A stretch of DNA of 64,000 nucleotides from an uncultured Chloroflexia bacterium (GCA_963845925.1 CAWJUA010000025.1:175114-239113), one strand, 5' to 3'. Numbered from the stretch's first letter, positions 9,648 through 20,529 are shown. Notes: a model not told the origin generated them from the sequence alone. A program made the numbers and translations.

Positions 9648-10304
9648 ATGATGGACCCGATGAGGTCCCTGTCCGCCGCCCTCGGTGCCCTGGTTGTCGC
9701 CGTTCTGATCGCCGCTTGTGGCTCGGCAGCGACACCGGCGCCGGCCGGGTCGCTCGGCGCGGTCCCGGCTTCTGCCGCGGCCACGCCGCCGCCGTCGGCT
9801 GCCTCCCGATCCCCGTCGCCCCGCCCGTCGGCGACGCCGAAGCTCGTCGTGCCCCACGACGACCCCGAGCTCGAGAAGCTGCTGCCCGACAAGGTCGACG
9901 GCGTGACGCTGATGAAGCTGAGCGTCGGGCCGGTGTCGTCGGTCGGCGTGTCGGGCGCCCAGGCGATCAAGGACGCCGCGAAGCAGATCGGCGACGGCTC
10001 CGGCAACTTCGGGCTCGCCTACGCCGGCGACCCCAAGGGCACGTTCAACACGTTCGCCCTGCGGATCCCGGGCGCGAGCTCCAGCAACCTGCTGACGAGC
10101 TTCGCCCAGATGACGCTCGCGGAGACGCCCGGCGGCAAGGTCGAGTCGGCGAACCTCGGCGGCCGCTCGCTCGTCCACGTCATCGACCCGACGAGCCAGA
10201 TCGGCGACGTCTGGTTCTACGCCCTCGGCGACACCCTGTACGGCGTCCAGGCGGGATCGGCGACCGAGGCGACGAAGCTCCTCGCGCTCCTCCCCCAGAA
10301 GTAG
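9648..10304 (+). CDS. Lipoprotein of unknown function
   Basis: ORF 9540..10304. I take the start at ATG 9648 (MMDPMRSLSAALGALVVAVLIAACGS) because of the lipobox LIAAC and an AAGGAG upstream. An Ala/Pro/Ser linker is followed by a ~150-aa domain I do not recognise. Confidence 0.6.
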   Translation: MMDPMRSLSAALGALVVAVLIAACGSAATPAPAGSLGAVPASAAATPPPSAASRSPSPRPSATPKLVVPHDDPELEKLLPDKVDGVTLMKLSVGPVSSVGVSGAQAIKDAAKQIGDGSGNFGLAYAGDPKGTFNTFALRIPGASSSNLLTSFAQMTLAETPGGKVESANLGGRSLVHVIDPTSQIGDVWFYALGDTLYGVQAGSATEATKLLALLPQK

Positions 10305-10313
10305 CGGGCTCCC

Positions 10314-11735
10314 TCAGCGCGCGAGGAGCGCGGACGCCTCCGCCCGGGCCGCGGGGTCGAGCGCGGGCCCCAGCGCCAGCGCCTGGCGGAGGAGGGCCCG
10401 GCCACCAGCCACGTCCCCTTTTGCCAGCGCGATCGCGCCGGCGTGGAACAGGACGCGGGCGTCGACGATCCCGGTCGCCCTGGCAGCATCCGCATCGGCC
10501 GCCGCGGCGTCGTCCCGCCCGAGCCGATGGAGCGCCCAGGCGACAAGGTCGTGGCCGGCGTAGTCGGGTCGCGCGGCGAGCGAGGCGCGGGCCGCGGCGA
10601 GCGTCGCCTGGGTCGCGCCGCCGTGGTCGAGCTCGAACCCGATCAGCTGGCGGTCGTACACGGTCCCGGCGAGCGCGCTGAGCTGGCCCGTGAGGCGGAC
10701 CGTGGCGAACTGGTCGGCGGCCTCCGCGGTTGCGCCGCGCCCGGCGAGGAGGTCACCGAGCAGTGCCAGCGTCTCGGGCTGCGGGGCGATGTCCGCCGCC
10801 CGGCGCAGGCCGGCGATCGCGGCGTCGTTCCGACCGTCGAACGCGTCGATCCGGGCGAGCCCGACGAGGGCCGCGAGGTCCGTCGGCCGGACCCGGAGCG
10901 CCGCCTCGTAGCCGGCGCGTGCGGCGGCGGCGTCGCCGGTGAGGCGGGCGTACTCGGCCGCGGCGTAGTCGTAGAAGCCGGTGTCGCCCTCCGACGCGGC
11001 CGCCGCGGCGAGCGCTGCCTTCGAGCGGGCCACCGCGGCCGCGGGATCGCCGGTGACGTAGGCGAGGCGGGCGAGGCGGACATCGACGCCCGGCCCGGTC
11101 GTCGCGGCGGCGACGGTCTCGTAGTCGGCCGCCGCGGCGGCGACGCGGCCCAGCTCGAGCTCGGCGTCGGCCCGCGTGGCGAGCGCCGCGAGCTGCGTTG
11201 GGTCATCCGCGTAGAGCGCGGACGCGGTCGCGAGGGCCGCCTCGAAGTCGTGGATCGTGAACTGGATCGAGGCCTCGAGGAGCCGGGCGGAGGCGTCGGT
11301 CGGGACGACGCGGAGCGCGGTCCGGGTCGCCTCGAGGGCCCGCTCCTGGTCTGCGAGATCGGCCGTGAGCCGGCCGCGGCCGTGGTAGAGGGTGGCCAGG
11401 TTCGTGGCGCTGAGGTAGTCCGTCGGGTTGTCGGCGAGGTTCTTCGTCCAGGCCGCGATCGAGTGGTCGATCTGGGCCAGCGAACCCACCGCGGGCTGCG
11501 TCGCTGCGGAGCCCGGAATGCCGATCTCGACGCGCGCCGCGGGCGCGGCCGGGGACGGGGCGACGGATCGTGGAGCGGACGTGGCATCCGGCCGGGCGAG
11601 GCTGAGCCCGTAGCTCGCCCCGGCGACGACGATCGCGGCGACGAGGATCCCCGCGACACGCGGTCGGCGGATCGACGGGCGGCGGAGGCCGGGGCGGCGA
11701 TGCGGCGTGGGGCGGGAGGCGGTCGTGCTGGTCAT
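10314..11735 (-). CDS. Membrane-anchored tetratricopeptide-repeat protein
   Basis: ORF 10314..11879, with the start at ATG 11735 (MTSTTASRPTPHRRPGLRRPSIRRPRVAGILVAAIVVAGASYGL). It has a single N-terminal TM helix followed by Ala/Leu-rich TPR-like repeats. It lies 85 nt downstream of the DUF4331 gene on the same strand. Confidence 0.65.
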   Translation of the reverse strand: MTSTTASRPTPHRRPGLRRPSIRRPRVAGILVAAIVVAGASYGLSLARPDATSAPRSVAPSPAAPAARVEIGIPGSAATQPAVGSLAQIDHSIAAWTKNLADNPTDYLSATNLATLYHGRGRLTADLADQERALEATRTALRVVPTDASARLLEASIQFTIHDFEAALATASALYADDPTQLAALATRADAELELGRVAAAAADYETVAAATTGPGVDVRLARLAYVTGDPAAAVARSKAALAAAAASEGDTGFYDYAAAEYARLTGDAAAARAGYEAALRVRPTDLAALVGLARIDAFDGRNDAAIAGLRRAADIAPQPETLALLGDLLAGRGATAEAADQFATVRLTGQLSALAGTVYDRQLIGFELDHGGATQATLAAARASLAARPDYAGHDLVAWALHRLGRDDAAAADADAARATGIVDARVLFHAGAIALAKGDVAGGRALLRQALALGPALDPAARAEASALLAR

Positions 11736-11820
11736 GGCCTGCTCGGTTCCGTGGCGGGTGCTTCGTGGACATGGATCCCGGAGGGCGGCCGGCTGACCGC
11801 CCTCCGGGTGGCTCGTTCGC

Positions 11821-12984
11821 TCAGTGGGGAGCGCCGAGGTACGGGAAGACCGACTGGTAGTCGGAGTGAGGCCCGACACCGTCGCCGGGCACGGCGCCCG
11901 TCGCGTTGCGGTTCGGGAAGAGGTCGAGCGGGTCGCCGCCCGTAGTGACGTTGAGCTCGACGTCGATGACGTCGTCCGCGAGCGCCCGGCCGTTCAGCGG
12001 CGCGGGCAGCGTGGACGTGCGGCTGTAGGGCAGCACGTCCGGAATCAGGACGCCGGCGAGCGCCTCCGCCTGGGCCTGGCTGTACGCGCCCTCCGAGTCG
12101 AGGCTCGAGAGGAACTTCAGGGTATTGACGACGTTGTTGAAGAACTTGCCGCCGCTCGCCGTCCGCTGGTCGGCGGGCCGGGTCGCGTTGAACAGGTTCT
12201 TGTCGGCCGACGGGTTGAACACGGTGTTGATCGCGGGCCGGCCCATCTGGTCGGCGGCGTTCCATTTCGTGCCGTCGTACCAGCTCGTCGTCGCCCAGAC
12301 GTTGATCGCGTTCGGGAGCATCGAGTTCGGCAGGGTGAGGACGATCGCGTTCGTGTTGAGGTGCGCGAAGAAGTCGGTCGGGTTGTTGCCGAGCCCGTCG
12401 CCGCCGACGGCGGTGCCGGTCTGGAGCAGCGTGGTCGTGCCGATGAAGCCGGTCAGGTCGAAGAAGAACGGGTCGGACCGGACGCCGGCCCAGGCCCACT
12501 CGCTGTTCTGGCCGATCGACTTCGTGGCGCCGTTCGTCGTGCCCTGGGCGACGGTCGGGCCGCCGCTGAGCGACGCGGCGTGGCTGCCGGTGTAGCGGCT
12601 GAGCTTCCACTTCTGGTTGCCGTTGGCGTCGGGGGTCTCGAACCGGCCGACGTAGGCGAGGTCGGCGACGAGGTCGCCGTTCGTGTCGATGTTGATGGCG
12701 TAGCGGACGTTGGCGCCGAAGTTGCCGCCGAACAGGTTGATCGCGGGGTTGACGGTGAGCGCGATCGCGGTGCGGTTGGCGGCGTCCGGGGCCTTGAACA
12801 CGTACAGGTCGTTGATGTCGCGGTCGCCGTGCTCCGAGTGGGGCGCGATCTGGCCGGCGACGACGGTCCCACCGAGCGCCGGCGCGTCGAGGTGGTCGGC
12901 GGCGTTCGCGAGGAACGGCGCCGCGCCGACCGTCAGGACGACGAGCGCGGCGGCCGCGGTCGTGAGCGTGGACTTCCTGAGCAT
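11821..12984 (-). CDS. Secreted DUF4331-like protein
   Basis: ORF 11821..12984 has signal peptide MLRKSTLTTAAAALVVLTVGAAPFLANA. The mature N-terminus is ADHLDAP..DINDLYVF, followed by an Asn/Thr/Gly-rich beta-type sequence (WATTSWYDGTKWNAADQMGRPAINTVFNP). I recognise the family from memory only; no HMM was run. Confidence 0.6.
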   Translation of the reverse strand: MLRKSTLTTAAAALVVLTVGAAPFLANAADHLDAPALGGTVVAGQIAPHSEHGDRDINDLYVFKAPDAANRTAIALTVNPAINLFGGNFGANVRYAINIDTNGDLVADLAYVGRFETPDANGNQKWKLSRYTGSHAASLSGGPTVAQGTTNGATKSIGQNSEWAWAGVRSDPFFFDLTGFIGTTTLLQTGTAVGGDGLGNNPTDFFAHLNTNAIVLTLPNSMLPNAINVWATTSWYDGTKWNAADQMGRPAINTVFNPSADKNLFNATRPADQRTASGGKFFNNVVNTLKFLSSLDSEGAYSQAQAEALAGVLIPDVLPYSRTSTLPAPLNGRALADDVIDVELNVTTGGDPLDLFPNRNATGAVPGDGVGPHSDYQSVFPYLGAPH

Positions 12985-13175
12985 ACGAAGGGATCCTTTC
13001 CTGGATCTGGGGTCTGTGGCCGCCCCGCGTCCCCTGCGTCCTCCACGGGCGTCCGATGGGCTCGTCCAGCGGGTGTCGCGACTTCCCCACCGGGCGTTCG
13101 GCCGGTTGTGCGCAGGAACGGACCGTTCGGATGAATTGGGATGGGGCTGGCGCTCGGCGCCGGCCGGTGTGGCGG

Positions 13176-14589
13176 CTAGAAGACGCGGCCGGGGTTGAGG
13201 ATCCCCTGCGGGTCGAGGGCCGCCTTGATCGAGCGCATGACGCCGACGACGTCGGGCCCGACCTGCTCGACGAGCGCGTCCCGTCGGGCAATGCCGATCC
13301 CGTGCTCCGCGGTGACCGTGCCGCCCAGCGCGATCGCGGCGCTGTACAGGTCCGCCCGCGCGAGGTCGGTCAGCTCCTCGGCCCGCGGGTCGTCATGGTC
13401 GAAGATGAAGTTCGGGTGGAGGTTGCCGTCGCCGGCGTGGCCGAACGTCGCGATCCGGATGTCGTACTTCTCGCCGATCGCGGAAATCGCCCGGAGGAGG
13501 TCCGGCACGCGGCTGCGGGGCACGCCGACGTCCTCCATCCGGACCTGGCCCAGGCGCTCGAGGGCGCGGAGCGCGAGGCGGCGGGCCTGGCGGAGCCAAT
13601 CGGCCTCGGTCGCGTCCGCGGCGCGCATCGTCGACGTCGCGCCGGCCGCCTCGCAGGCCCGGACCGCCTCGTCGAGCTCCGCGGACGCGGCCGGCTCGGC
13701 CCGGTCCGACTCGACGAGGAGCATCGCCTCGGCGTCGCGGTCGAGTCCCAGCTGGAAGGCGTCGTCGACCGCGGCGATCGAGGGCTTGTCGAGCAGCTCG
13801 AGCGTCACCGGGTTCGTCCCGGCGGCGACGATCCGCGCGACCGCGTCGCCGGCGCCGTCGAGCGACGGGAAGAAGGCGAGCATCGTCGTCCGCGGCGGCG
13901 GCGCGACCCGCAGCCGGAGCGTCGCCTCGGTGATGATCCCGAGCGTGCCCTGCGACCCGACGAACAGGTGGGTCAGCGCGTAGCCGGCGGTGTCCTTGAC
14001 GTTCTTGCCGCCGGTCCGGATGACGCGGCCGTCGGCGAGGACGACCTCGAGGCCCAGGACGCGAGTCGCGGGTCTGGCCGTACTTCACGCAGCACAGCCC
14101 GCCGGCGTTCGTCCCGAGGTTCCCGCCGATCGAGCAGATCTCGTAGCTCGCGGGATCCGGAGCGTAGAACAGGCCCTCCGCGGCGACGCGCTTCTTCAGC
14201 TCGGCGTTGAGGATGCCGGGCTGGGTCACGACGACGAGGTTCTCGCGGTCGATCTCGAGGATCTGGTCCATCTTCGTCAGCGCGATCGTCAGGCCGCCCT
14301 CGATCCCGGCGGCGCCACCGCTCAGCCCGGTGCCGGCGCCGCGGGGCACGATCGGGATCCGGTGCTCCCCGCAGAGGCGGACGAGGGTCGCGACCTCGGC
14401 GGTCGACGTCGGCAGGGCCACGGCCAGGGGCAGGCCGGCCCTGAGGTAGGAGGTCTCGTCGTTGCGGTAGCTCTCGCGGTCCGCCGGGTCCTCGAGGAGC
14501 TTCAGGTCCGGCAGCTCGGCCCTGATCGCGGCGAGGAACGCCGACCGGGCGGCGTCCGATGGCGCGTTCGGGATCGACGGAGCGGTCAC
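13176..14589 (-). pseudogene. FAD-linked oxidase (GlcD-like), one frameshift
   Basis: The FAD-binding part is in ORF 13393..14589 (IPIVPRGAGTGLSGGAAG..GGNLGTNAGGLCCVKYG). The C-terminal part is in ORF 13176..13883 (GHAGDGNLHPNF..TAEHGIGIARRD..LDPQGILNPGRVF). The two are in different frames. The connecting VLGLEVVLADGRVIRTGGKNVKDTAGYALTHLFVGSQGTLGIITEATLRL becomes readable after a 1-nt shift near 14062. Confidence 0.8.
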
Positions 14590-14682
14590 GGCCCCAGTCT
14601 ACGCATCGTCGTCGCATCGTCCCACGGGCCCCGCGACGATCGGGCGGTCGACGGTTCCGGCTGGCCGCCGTAGCATCGTCCC

Positions 14683-16238
14683 GTGCCAGCGCTGTCACGC
14701 GGCCGGACCCCCGGCCGTCTCGGTCGCGTGGGTCACCTCGGCCGGATCGCCGCCGCCATCGCCCTGATCGCCGTCCTCGTCGTGCCCGCGGTCGCGTCGT
14801 CGACGTCGGGTCCGGTCGCGCCGATCGCGCCATCGGCGTCGGTCGCCGCGCCACCCCACGCTGCCGTTCCCACGCCCGAGCCGACGCTCGCCCCGACTCC
14901 CGCGCCCTCGCTCGCTCCGGGCTCCACGAACGCGCCGCGCCGGGCCGCCGCAGTTGGTGTTCGGCGAAGCCGCGAGCCGGGGAATCACGGCGGGCGCCCG
15001 GCCCGGTCTCCTGCCCGGATCGGTCAACGCGACGACCATGGCCCTGACCGCGACGTACGACGTGAAGGCTTCGCTGAACTTCGGCACGCGCGCGTTCAAG
15101 GCGTCGACGACGATCCGGCTGCGGAACGACTCCGGCGGCCCGATCGACCGGCTCGAGCTCAACACGATCGCGACGCGCCTCGGCGGGATGAAGCTGGGCG
15201 CGGTCACCTCGGCCGGCGAAGCCGGTCAGCGCGACGGTCCACGACCAGACGATCCACGTGCCGCTCGGCGGGATCCTCGGACCGGGCCAGTCGGTGACCG
15301 TCACGGTCGCCTACTCGGCGACGCTGCGCAGCTCGACGACCGGCTCGAACTGGCTGTTCACGCGGGCGAACGGCATCGCGGACGTCCACCGCTGGATCCC
15401 GTGGGTGAGCCGCGACGTCCCGTTCGACCGGCCGAACCACGGCGACCCGTTCATCACGCCGGCGAGCCCCCACGTGAAGGTCGCGATCACGACCGACCGG
15501 ACGCTGGTCATCGCCTCGACCGGTGACCCGGTCGCGAAGAGCGGCCTGACGACGACGTTCGAGGCGACGAACGTCCGCGACTTCGCGTTCACCGCGGCGC
15601 CCGACTATCGCTCGACGTCGACGAAGGTCGGTGCGATCACGGTCCGCGTCTACTACCGGCCGGGGTTCCCGGCGTCGATCGGTCAAGTCGTACGCGGAGC
15701 ACGCGATCCGCGCGTACGCAGCCGCTCGTCGGGGCGTACCCGTACGCGACCTACGACCTCGCCCAGACCGCCGGCGGCTACGGGATGGAGTCGCCCGGCC
15801 TGACGTGGATCCCGACCGGCGCCGGCAGCCTCGACCTACCTCGTCCACCACGAGACCGGCCACCAGTGGTTCTACGGGATCGTCGGCTCCGACCAGGCGT
15901 ACGAGCCGTTCACCGACGAGGCCCTGACCGACTTCCTCGCGCGCTACGTCTTTCGGACCGGCGGGCGTCGCGCTGCGCGACGGCCCGGCTCGACCTCTCG
16001 ATCTACCGCTACTCGACGTCCTGCTACTACGAGGACATCTACATCCAGGGCGGCAACTTCCTCGACGACATCCGCAAGTCGATGGGCACGACGAACTTCT
16101 TCCGGGCCCTCCGCGACTACGTCGTCGCGAACCGCTACAAGCTGGCGGCGACGAAGACGCTGCTCGACGACGCTCGACAGCCACACGTCGCTCAACCTCG
16201 TCCCGCGCTACCACCCGCGCTTCCCGCGGCTGTACTAG
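14683..16238 (+). pseudogene. M1-family zinc metallopeptidase, at least six frameshifts
   Basis: The protein is only recoverable by hopping frames:
- frame 1 from 14683: signal/anchor;
- frame 2: TATYDVKASLNFGTRAFKASTTIRLRNDSGGPIDRLELN;
- frame 3: TVHDQTIHVPLGGILGPGQSVTVTVAY..WIPWVSRDVPFDRPNHGDPF;
- frame 1: YAEHAIRAYAA;
- frame 2: YPYATYDLAQTAGGYGMESPGLTWIP;
- frame 3: zinc site YLVHHETGHQWFYGIVGSDQAYEPFTDEALTDF;
- frame 2: IYRYSTSCYYEDIYIQGGNFLDDIRKSMG;
- frame 3: tail LDSHTSLNLVPRYHPRFPRLY, with stop at 16238. Confidence 0.75.
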
Positions 16239-16354
16239 AGCCGCGGCCGCCACCAAGGCCCCTGGCGCGACGCTCGCGCCCAACCGCAACGATCGGGGGT
16301 CGCGCCGCCGTCCCGCCTCGCCGATGGTTGCGCTTGGCCGCAGCGATCGCGGAA

Positions 16355-17236
16355 TCAGCCCGGGCGGACGTCGATTCCCGCGGCTCGGCGATCGGCGGCG
16401 AGCGCCTGCGGCATCTGCCGGAAGCCGGCCGGCAGCAGCGGCCGCCAGAACCGCCACGCGGCGACGAGCCACGCGCTCACGACCCGCTCGAGCGGTCCCC
16501 AGCGGAGGCCGTACTCGGATCGCACGGACGCGGGCAGCAGCGAGATCGACGGCCACAGCGTCCACGCGTACGTCGCCCGCGGCAGGCCGGCGAGCGGCGG
16601 CAGCACCGGCCCCAGCGGCGGGTTCAGGACGTGCCAGGCGAGCTCGCGGGCGACCGACGAGGGATGGACGGGCCCGTCGGGCGCGAGCATCGACGCGACG
16701 TACGCATCGAACGACGCGAGGTCGGCGGGAAGCCGGTCGGCCGGGACCCCGAAGGCCCGCCCGATCGGCAGCGTCTCGGCGTAGTAGCGCTCGCGCGCGT
16801 CGCGCGGCAGCGGCTCGATCCAGGCGTCGTAGGCGACGATCGTCGTCTCCACGAGCGTGGCGTGGACCCAGAGCGAGAGGTCGGGGTCGCGGGCGGCGTA
16901 GCCGGCGCCCCGGATCGATCGGTGGAGCTCGTTCAGGCGCCGGATCTCCGCCCGTGCCGCGGTCGTCGTCCCGTAGACGATCGTCAGGTAGCTCCGCAGC
17001 GTCGCCTGGAGCCGCGCCCACGGATCGGTCCGGAAGTCGCTGTGCTCGTCGACGCCGGCCGCGACGCCGGGATGGGCGAGTTGCAGCAGCAGCGCCCGCG
17101 GGCCGGCACCCAGCAGCAGCATCGCCTCGCGGTTGAGGCGCCAGGCCTCGCTGTCGGGCCCGTACAGGCCGAGGGCGTCCCCGGGGGACGGCGTCGCGCT
17201 CAGCGCTCTCCGGTCCGCCGCCCGACCGCCCACCAC
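16355..17236 (-). CDS. DUF2236 / MpaB-family oxygenase-like protein
   Basis: ORF 16355..17353 contains GLYGPDSEAWRLNREAMLLLGAGPRALLLQLAHPGVAAGVDEHSDFRTDPWARLQATLRSYLTIVYG. The start is uncertain. GTG 17236 or 17233 would overlap the bioY 3' end. CTG 17203 would form a CTGA overlap with the bioY stop. Confidence 0.65.
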   Translation of the reverse strand: MVGGRAADRRALSATPSPGDALGLYGPDSEAWRLNREAMLLLGAGPRALLLQLAHPGVAAGVDEHSDFRTDPWARLQATLRSYLTIVYGTTTAARAEIRRLNELHRSIRGAGYAARDPDLSLWVHATLVETTIVAYDAWIEPLPRDARERYYAETLPIGRAFGVPADRLPADLASFDAYVASMLAPDGPVHPSSVARELAWHVLNPPLGPVLPPLAGLPRATYAWTLWPSISLLPASVRSEYGLRWGPLERVVSAWLVAAWRFWRPLLPAGFRQMPQALAADRRAAGIDVRPG

Positions 17237-17913
17237 GACGCCCGGAAGGTGCCGGCGGCGGCGAGCAGCTTGATCGCGTCGATGACGATGAACGGCGTCA
17301 GGCCCAGGGCGATCGCGGTCGGCAGGTCGACGCCGAGTGCCACGGCCAGCCACGGCACGCCGACGAGGTAGATCGCGACGTTGCCGATGAGCATCGCGGC
17401 GATCGCCCCGAGGGTGTTCCGGTCCCAGCCCATCTCGGCGAGTCGCCCGGTGATCGCAGCGGCCGCGAGGAACCCGATCAGGTAGCCGCCGGTCGCGCCG
17501 AGGACGAACGATCCGTCCTGGCGCGAGACAAACGTGTCAATCCCGGAGCCGCCGCCGGCGTAGACCGGCAGCAGCAGGCCCATCAGGAGGTACAGCCCGA
17601 CCGACGAGACGCCCCGCCGCAGCCCGAGCGCGCCGCCGACGAGCAGCACGCCGAACGTCTGGCCGGTGATCGGCACGGGCGAGGTGGCAAGCGTGATCCG
17701 GAAGTCGGCGACGATCGGGATCGTCTGGCCCTGCTGGACGATCGTCAGCTGGGCGGTCAGCGCGATGAGCAGGGCGCCCGCAACGATGAGGGCGACGTGG
17801 CGCGCCCGGGGCCCGACGCGCTCGCCGAGGCGGATCGGCAGGAGGAAATCGGCGAGGGTGACCCCCCGCTGGTCCATCGGCAGCCGGTTGATCCGCGGTA
17901 CGACGATCGTCAT
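17200..17913 (-). CDS. bioY: Biotin transporter BioY (ECF S-component type)
   Basis: ORF 17200..17913 contains PITGQTFGVLLVGGALGLRRGVSSVGLYLLMGLLLPVYAGG..GGYLIGFLAAAAITGRLAE..MLIGNVAIYLVGVPWLAV..PFIVIDAIKLLAAA. A GGAGGG lies 11 nt before ATG 17913. Confidence 0.8.
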   Translation of the reverse strand: MTIVVPRINRLPMDQRGVTLADFLLPIRLGERVGPRARHVALIVAGALLIALTAQLTIVQQGQTIPIVADFRITLATSPVPITGQTFGVLLVGGALGLRRGVSSVGLYLLMGLLLPVYAGGGSGIDTFVSRQDGSFVLGATGGYLIGFLAAAAITGRLAEMGWDRNTLGAIAAMLIGNVAIYLVGVPWLAVALGVDLPTAIALGLTPFIVIDAIKLLAAAGTFRASWWAVGRRTGER

Positions 17914-17998
17914 CCGATTGCGGTCCCTCCGCGGACGTCGGCGACGGGGCTCATGAGCCTCACGCAGTCACCGATCGAGGGCCCGAGTCTAGCACCGC

Positions 17999-20526
17999 CT
18001 ACTCGTGCTGGACGGCCCTCACGATCGCGAGCCGGCTCGCCAGCCGGGCCGGATACCAGGCGGCGACCATCGACAGGCCGATCCCGAGAACCGCGGCGAG
18101 TCCGATCGAGCCCCACGGCAGGTCGAGCCCGATTCCGAGCGTCCCGCCGGCGAGGGCGATCATCAGTGCCCCGGCGACGAGGCCGGTGAGGATGCCGAGG
18201 AACGAGCCGCTCAGGCCGAGGATCCCGGCCTCGACGACGACGGTCCGGCGGACCTGCGTCCGTGTCATTCCGGCCGCCCGCAGCACGCCGAGCTCGCGGA
18301 CCCGCTCGAGGACGTTCATCGAGAGCGTGTTGACGATGCCGAGTGCCGCGACGATGACCGCGATGATCGCCAGGGCGTCGAAGAGGCCGAAGACCCGGCC
18401 GAGGGCGACGTCGACGGCGGTCGCGACGCGGCTCGAGCGGCGTCGGCTCGAGCGCCGACTCCGTGGCGAGCTCGTCGACCGCCGGCCGGGCGTCGGCTTC
18501 GCGGCCGGGCTCGTAGCGGACCGCGAGCGCGTCGGCGCCGGTGACGCCGAGCGACTCCGTCGCGTCCTTCCAGCCGACGAGGATCGTCTCGCCGCCGGTC
18601 CCCGGCAGCGTCCGCTCGGCGATGCCCGCGACCTGCAGCGGCAGGTCCCGTCCGTCGCCGATCGCGAGGTCGAGCTCCGACCCGACGGCGAGGTCGTCGC
18701 GGGTCGCGAGGCCCAGCGGGACGATGACGAAGCCGCCCTTGTCGAGCGATTTGAGGGCATCGGCCCGGTCGCCGGCGACGAACCGCAGCCGGCCGTCGGC
18801 GAGGAGGTCCGCGCCCACGACGGCCGAGGCGTCGGTCCGGACGCCGCGCATCGCGACATCGAACGTGGCGATCGGGCTGACCCGGGCGACGCCGTCGGTC
18901 GCGGCGACGTCGGCCGCGATCTCCTCGTCGGGGGCGATCGGGCGGATCGAGGTCAGGAGCTCCTCGCCCGGGATCACCTCCTCGAGCCACGCGCTCGCCG
19001 CCGCGCGGGAGTGGCCGGCGACGCCGCCGATCGCCACGATCATCGCGAGACCCGCCGTCATCGCCCCGACGGTCAGCGCCGTCCGGCTGCGATCCCGGGC
19101 GAGCGCGGCGCGGGCGAGCCGCTCCTCGAGTCGGAAGAGCCAGCGGAACGGCCAGCCGGCGACGCGGGCGATGCCGCCGAGCAGGAACGGCGAGAGCAGC
19201 ACGACCCCGAGGAGCAGCCCGTAGACGGCGACCGAGCGGAGGAACCCCGAGCCAACCGCGGCCTGCGGCCAGGCGAAGAGCCCGGCGGCCCCGACGGCGA
19301 TGAACACCGCGACGAGCCAGCGCAGACGGGCGCGGCGCGCGGACGCCGGGTCGAGCCGGGCCTTGAGGGCCTCGATCGGCGTGATCGAGCCCGCCCGACG
19401 GGCCGGCTCGACCGAGGCCGCGAACGTGACCCCGAGCCCGACCGCGAGGGCGATCGCGATCGAGCCGCTGCCCAGCTGCGGGGCGTCGAACGGGATCGAG
19501 CCGACGGTCCGGACGTAGCCGGCCATGAGGACGGCGAGCCCGGCGCCGGCCGCGAGCCCCAGCACGGAGCCCAGGACCGCGAGCACCGCCGCCTGGACGA
19601 GGACGAACCGCGCGAGCTGGCCGCGGGTCGCGCCGGCTGCTCGCAGCAGGCCCAGCTCGCGGATCCGCTCGGTCACGGTCATCGAGAGCGTGTTGAAGAT
19701 GAGGAACGCGCCGACGAAGAGCGAGACGGCGGCGATCAGCGCGGTCATCGCCCGGAAGTCGGCGGTCGACGAGCGGAGCGACGCGGCCAGGTCGCGGGGC
19801 GACGACAGCACGTACGGCTCGGCGGTCAGCGCGACCTCGAGCGCCGAGCTGACCTCGGCCGGGGTGGCGCCCTCGCCGACGATGATGTCGACGCGGCTGA
19901 CGCCGTCGAAGGAGAGCAGGCGCTGGGCCGTCCGGAGCGGGACGACGACCGTCCGACCGCCGGAGCCGACGAACGGGCCGTCGCCGGCCAGGATCCCCTC
20001 GACGGTGAGCGCGACCGGGCCGTCGGCGCCGCCCTGGAACGTGACGTTCGAGCCGACCGCGAGCCCTTCCTCGGCGGCGAGCCGCTCGGTGACGAGGGCC
20101 CCGAACGCCTCCGGCCCGGCGAGGCGCTCGCCCGCGGCCAGCGGCAGGTCGCGGATCTGCGACTCGGCGGCGGGGATCGATGCCGAGCATCGTGACGGGC
20201 TGCTCGAGGCCGTCGGGCGTCGATCCGTCGGGGACGAGGTACGTCCGTCGCTCGAGGACCGGGGCCGCGACGACGACGCCCGGGGCCTCGTCGATCGCGG
20301 CCACGCTCTCCGGGGAGAGGCCCTCCTCGCCGAACGCGGCCACCCGCAGGTCCGCCCGGCCGACGATGTCGTGGACGGTCCGGTCGATCGCGGCCTCGAT
20401 CCCGGCGTCGGTCGCGAGCGAGGCGAACAGGACGCCGACGCCCAGCGCGATCCCGACGACCGACAACAGCGTCCGGCCGCGGCGGGCGCCGAGGCTGCGG
20501 AGCGAGAGGGACGTCAGGCCGCGCAT
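17999..20526 (-). pseudogene. ABC exporter permease with two FtsX domains (MacB-like), two frameshifts
   Basis: The gene reads in three frames:
- 20526 to ~20176: MRGLTSLSLRSLGARRGRTLLSVVGIALGVGVLFASL..VTMLGIDP;
- ~20175 to ~18436: AAESQIRDLPLAAGERL.. and the first FtsX block FNTLSMTVTERIRELGLLRAAGATRGQ;
- ~18435 to the stop at 17999: the second FtsX block VNTLSMNVLERVRELGVLRAAGMTRTQ.
The first junction lies in the GGGG run at 20172-20175. Confidence 0.8.
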
Positions 20527-20529
20527 CGG

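Noticed and set aside
17910-17913. ATGA coupling between ORF 17910..19811 and bioY
   Set aside because: The real permease frame, after the break near 18435, stops at 17999. The overlap therefore involves only an out-of-frame tail. bioY is separated from the permease by an 85-nt spacer.
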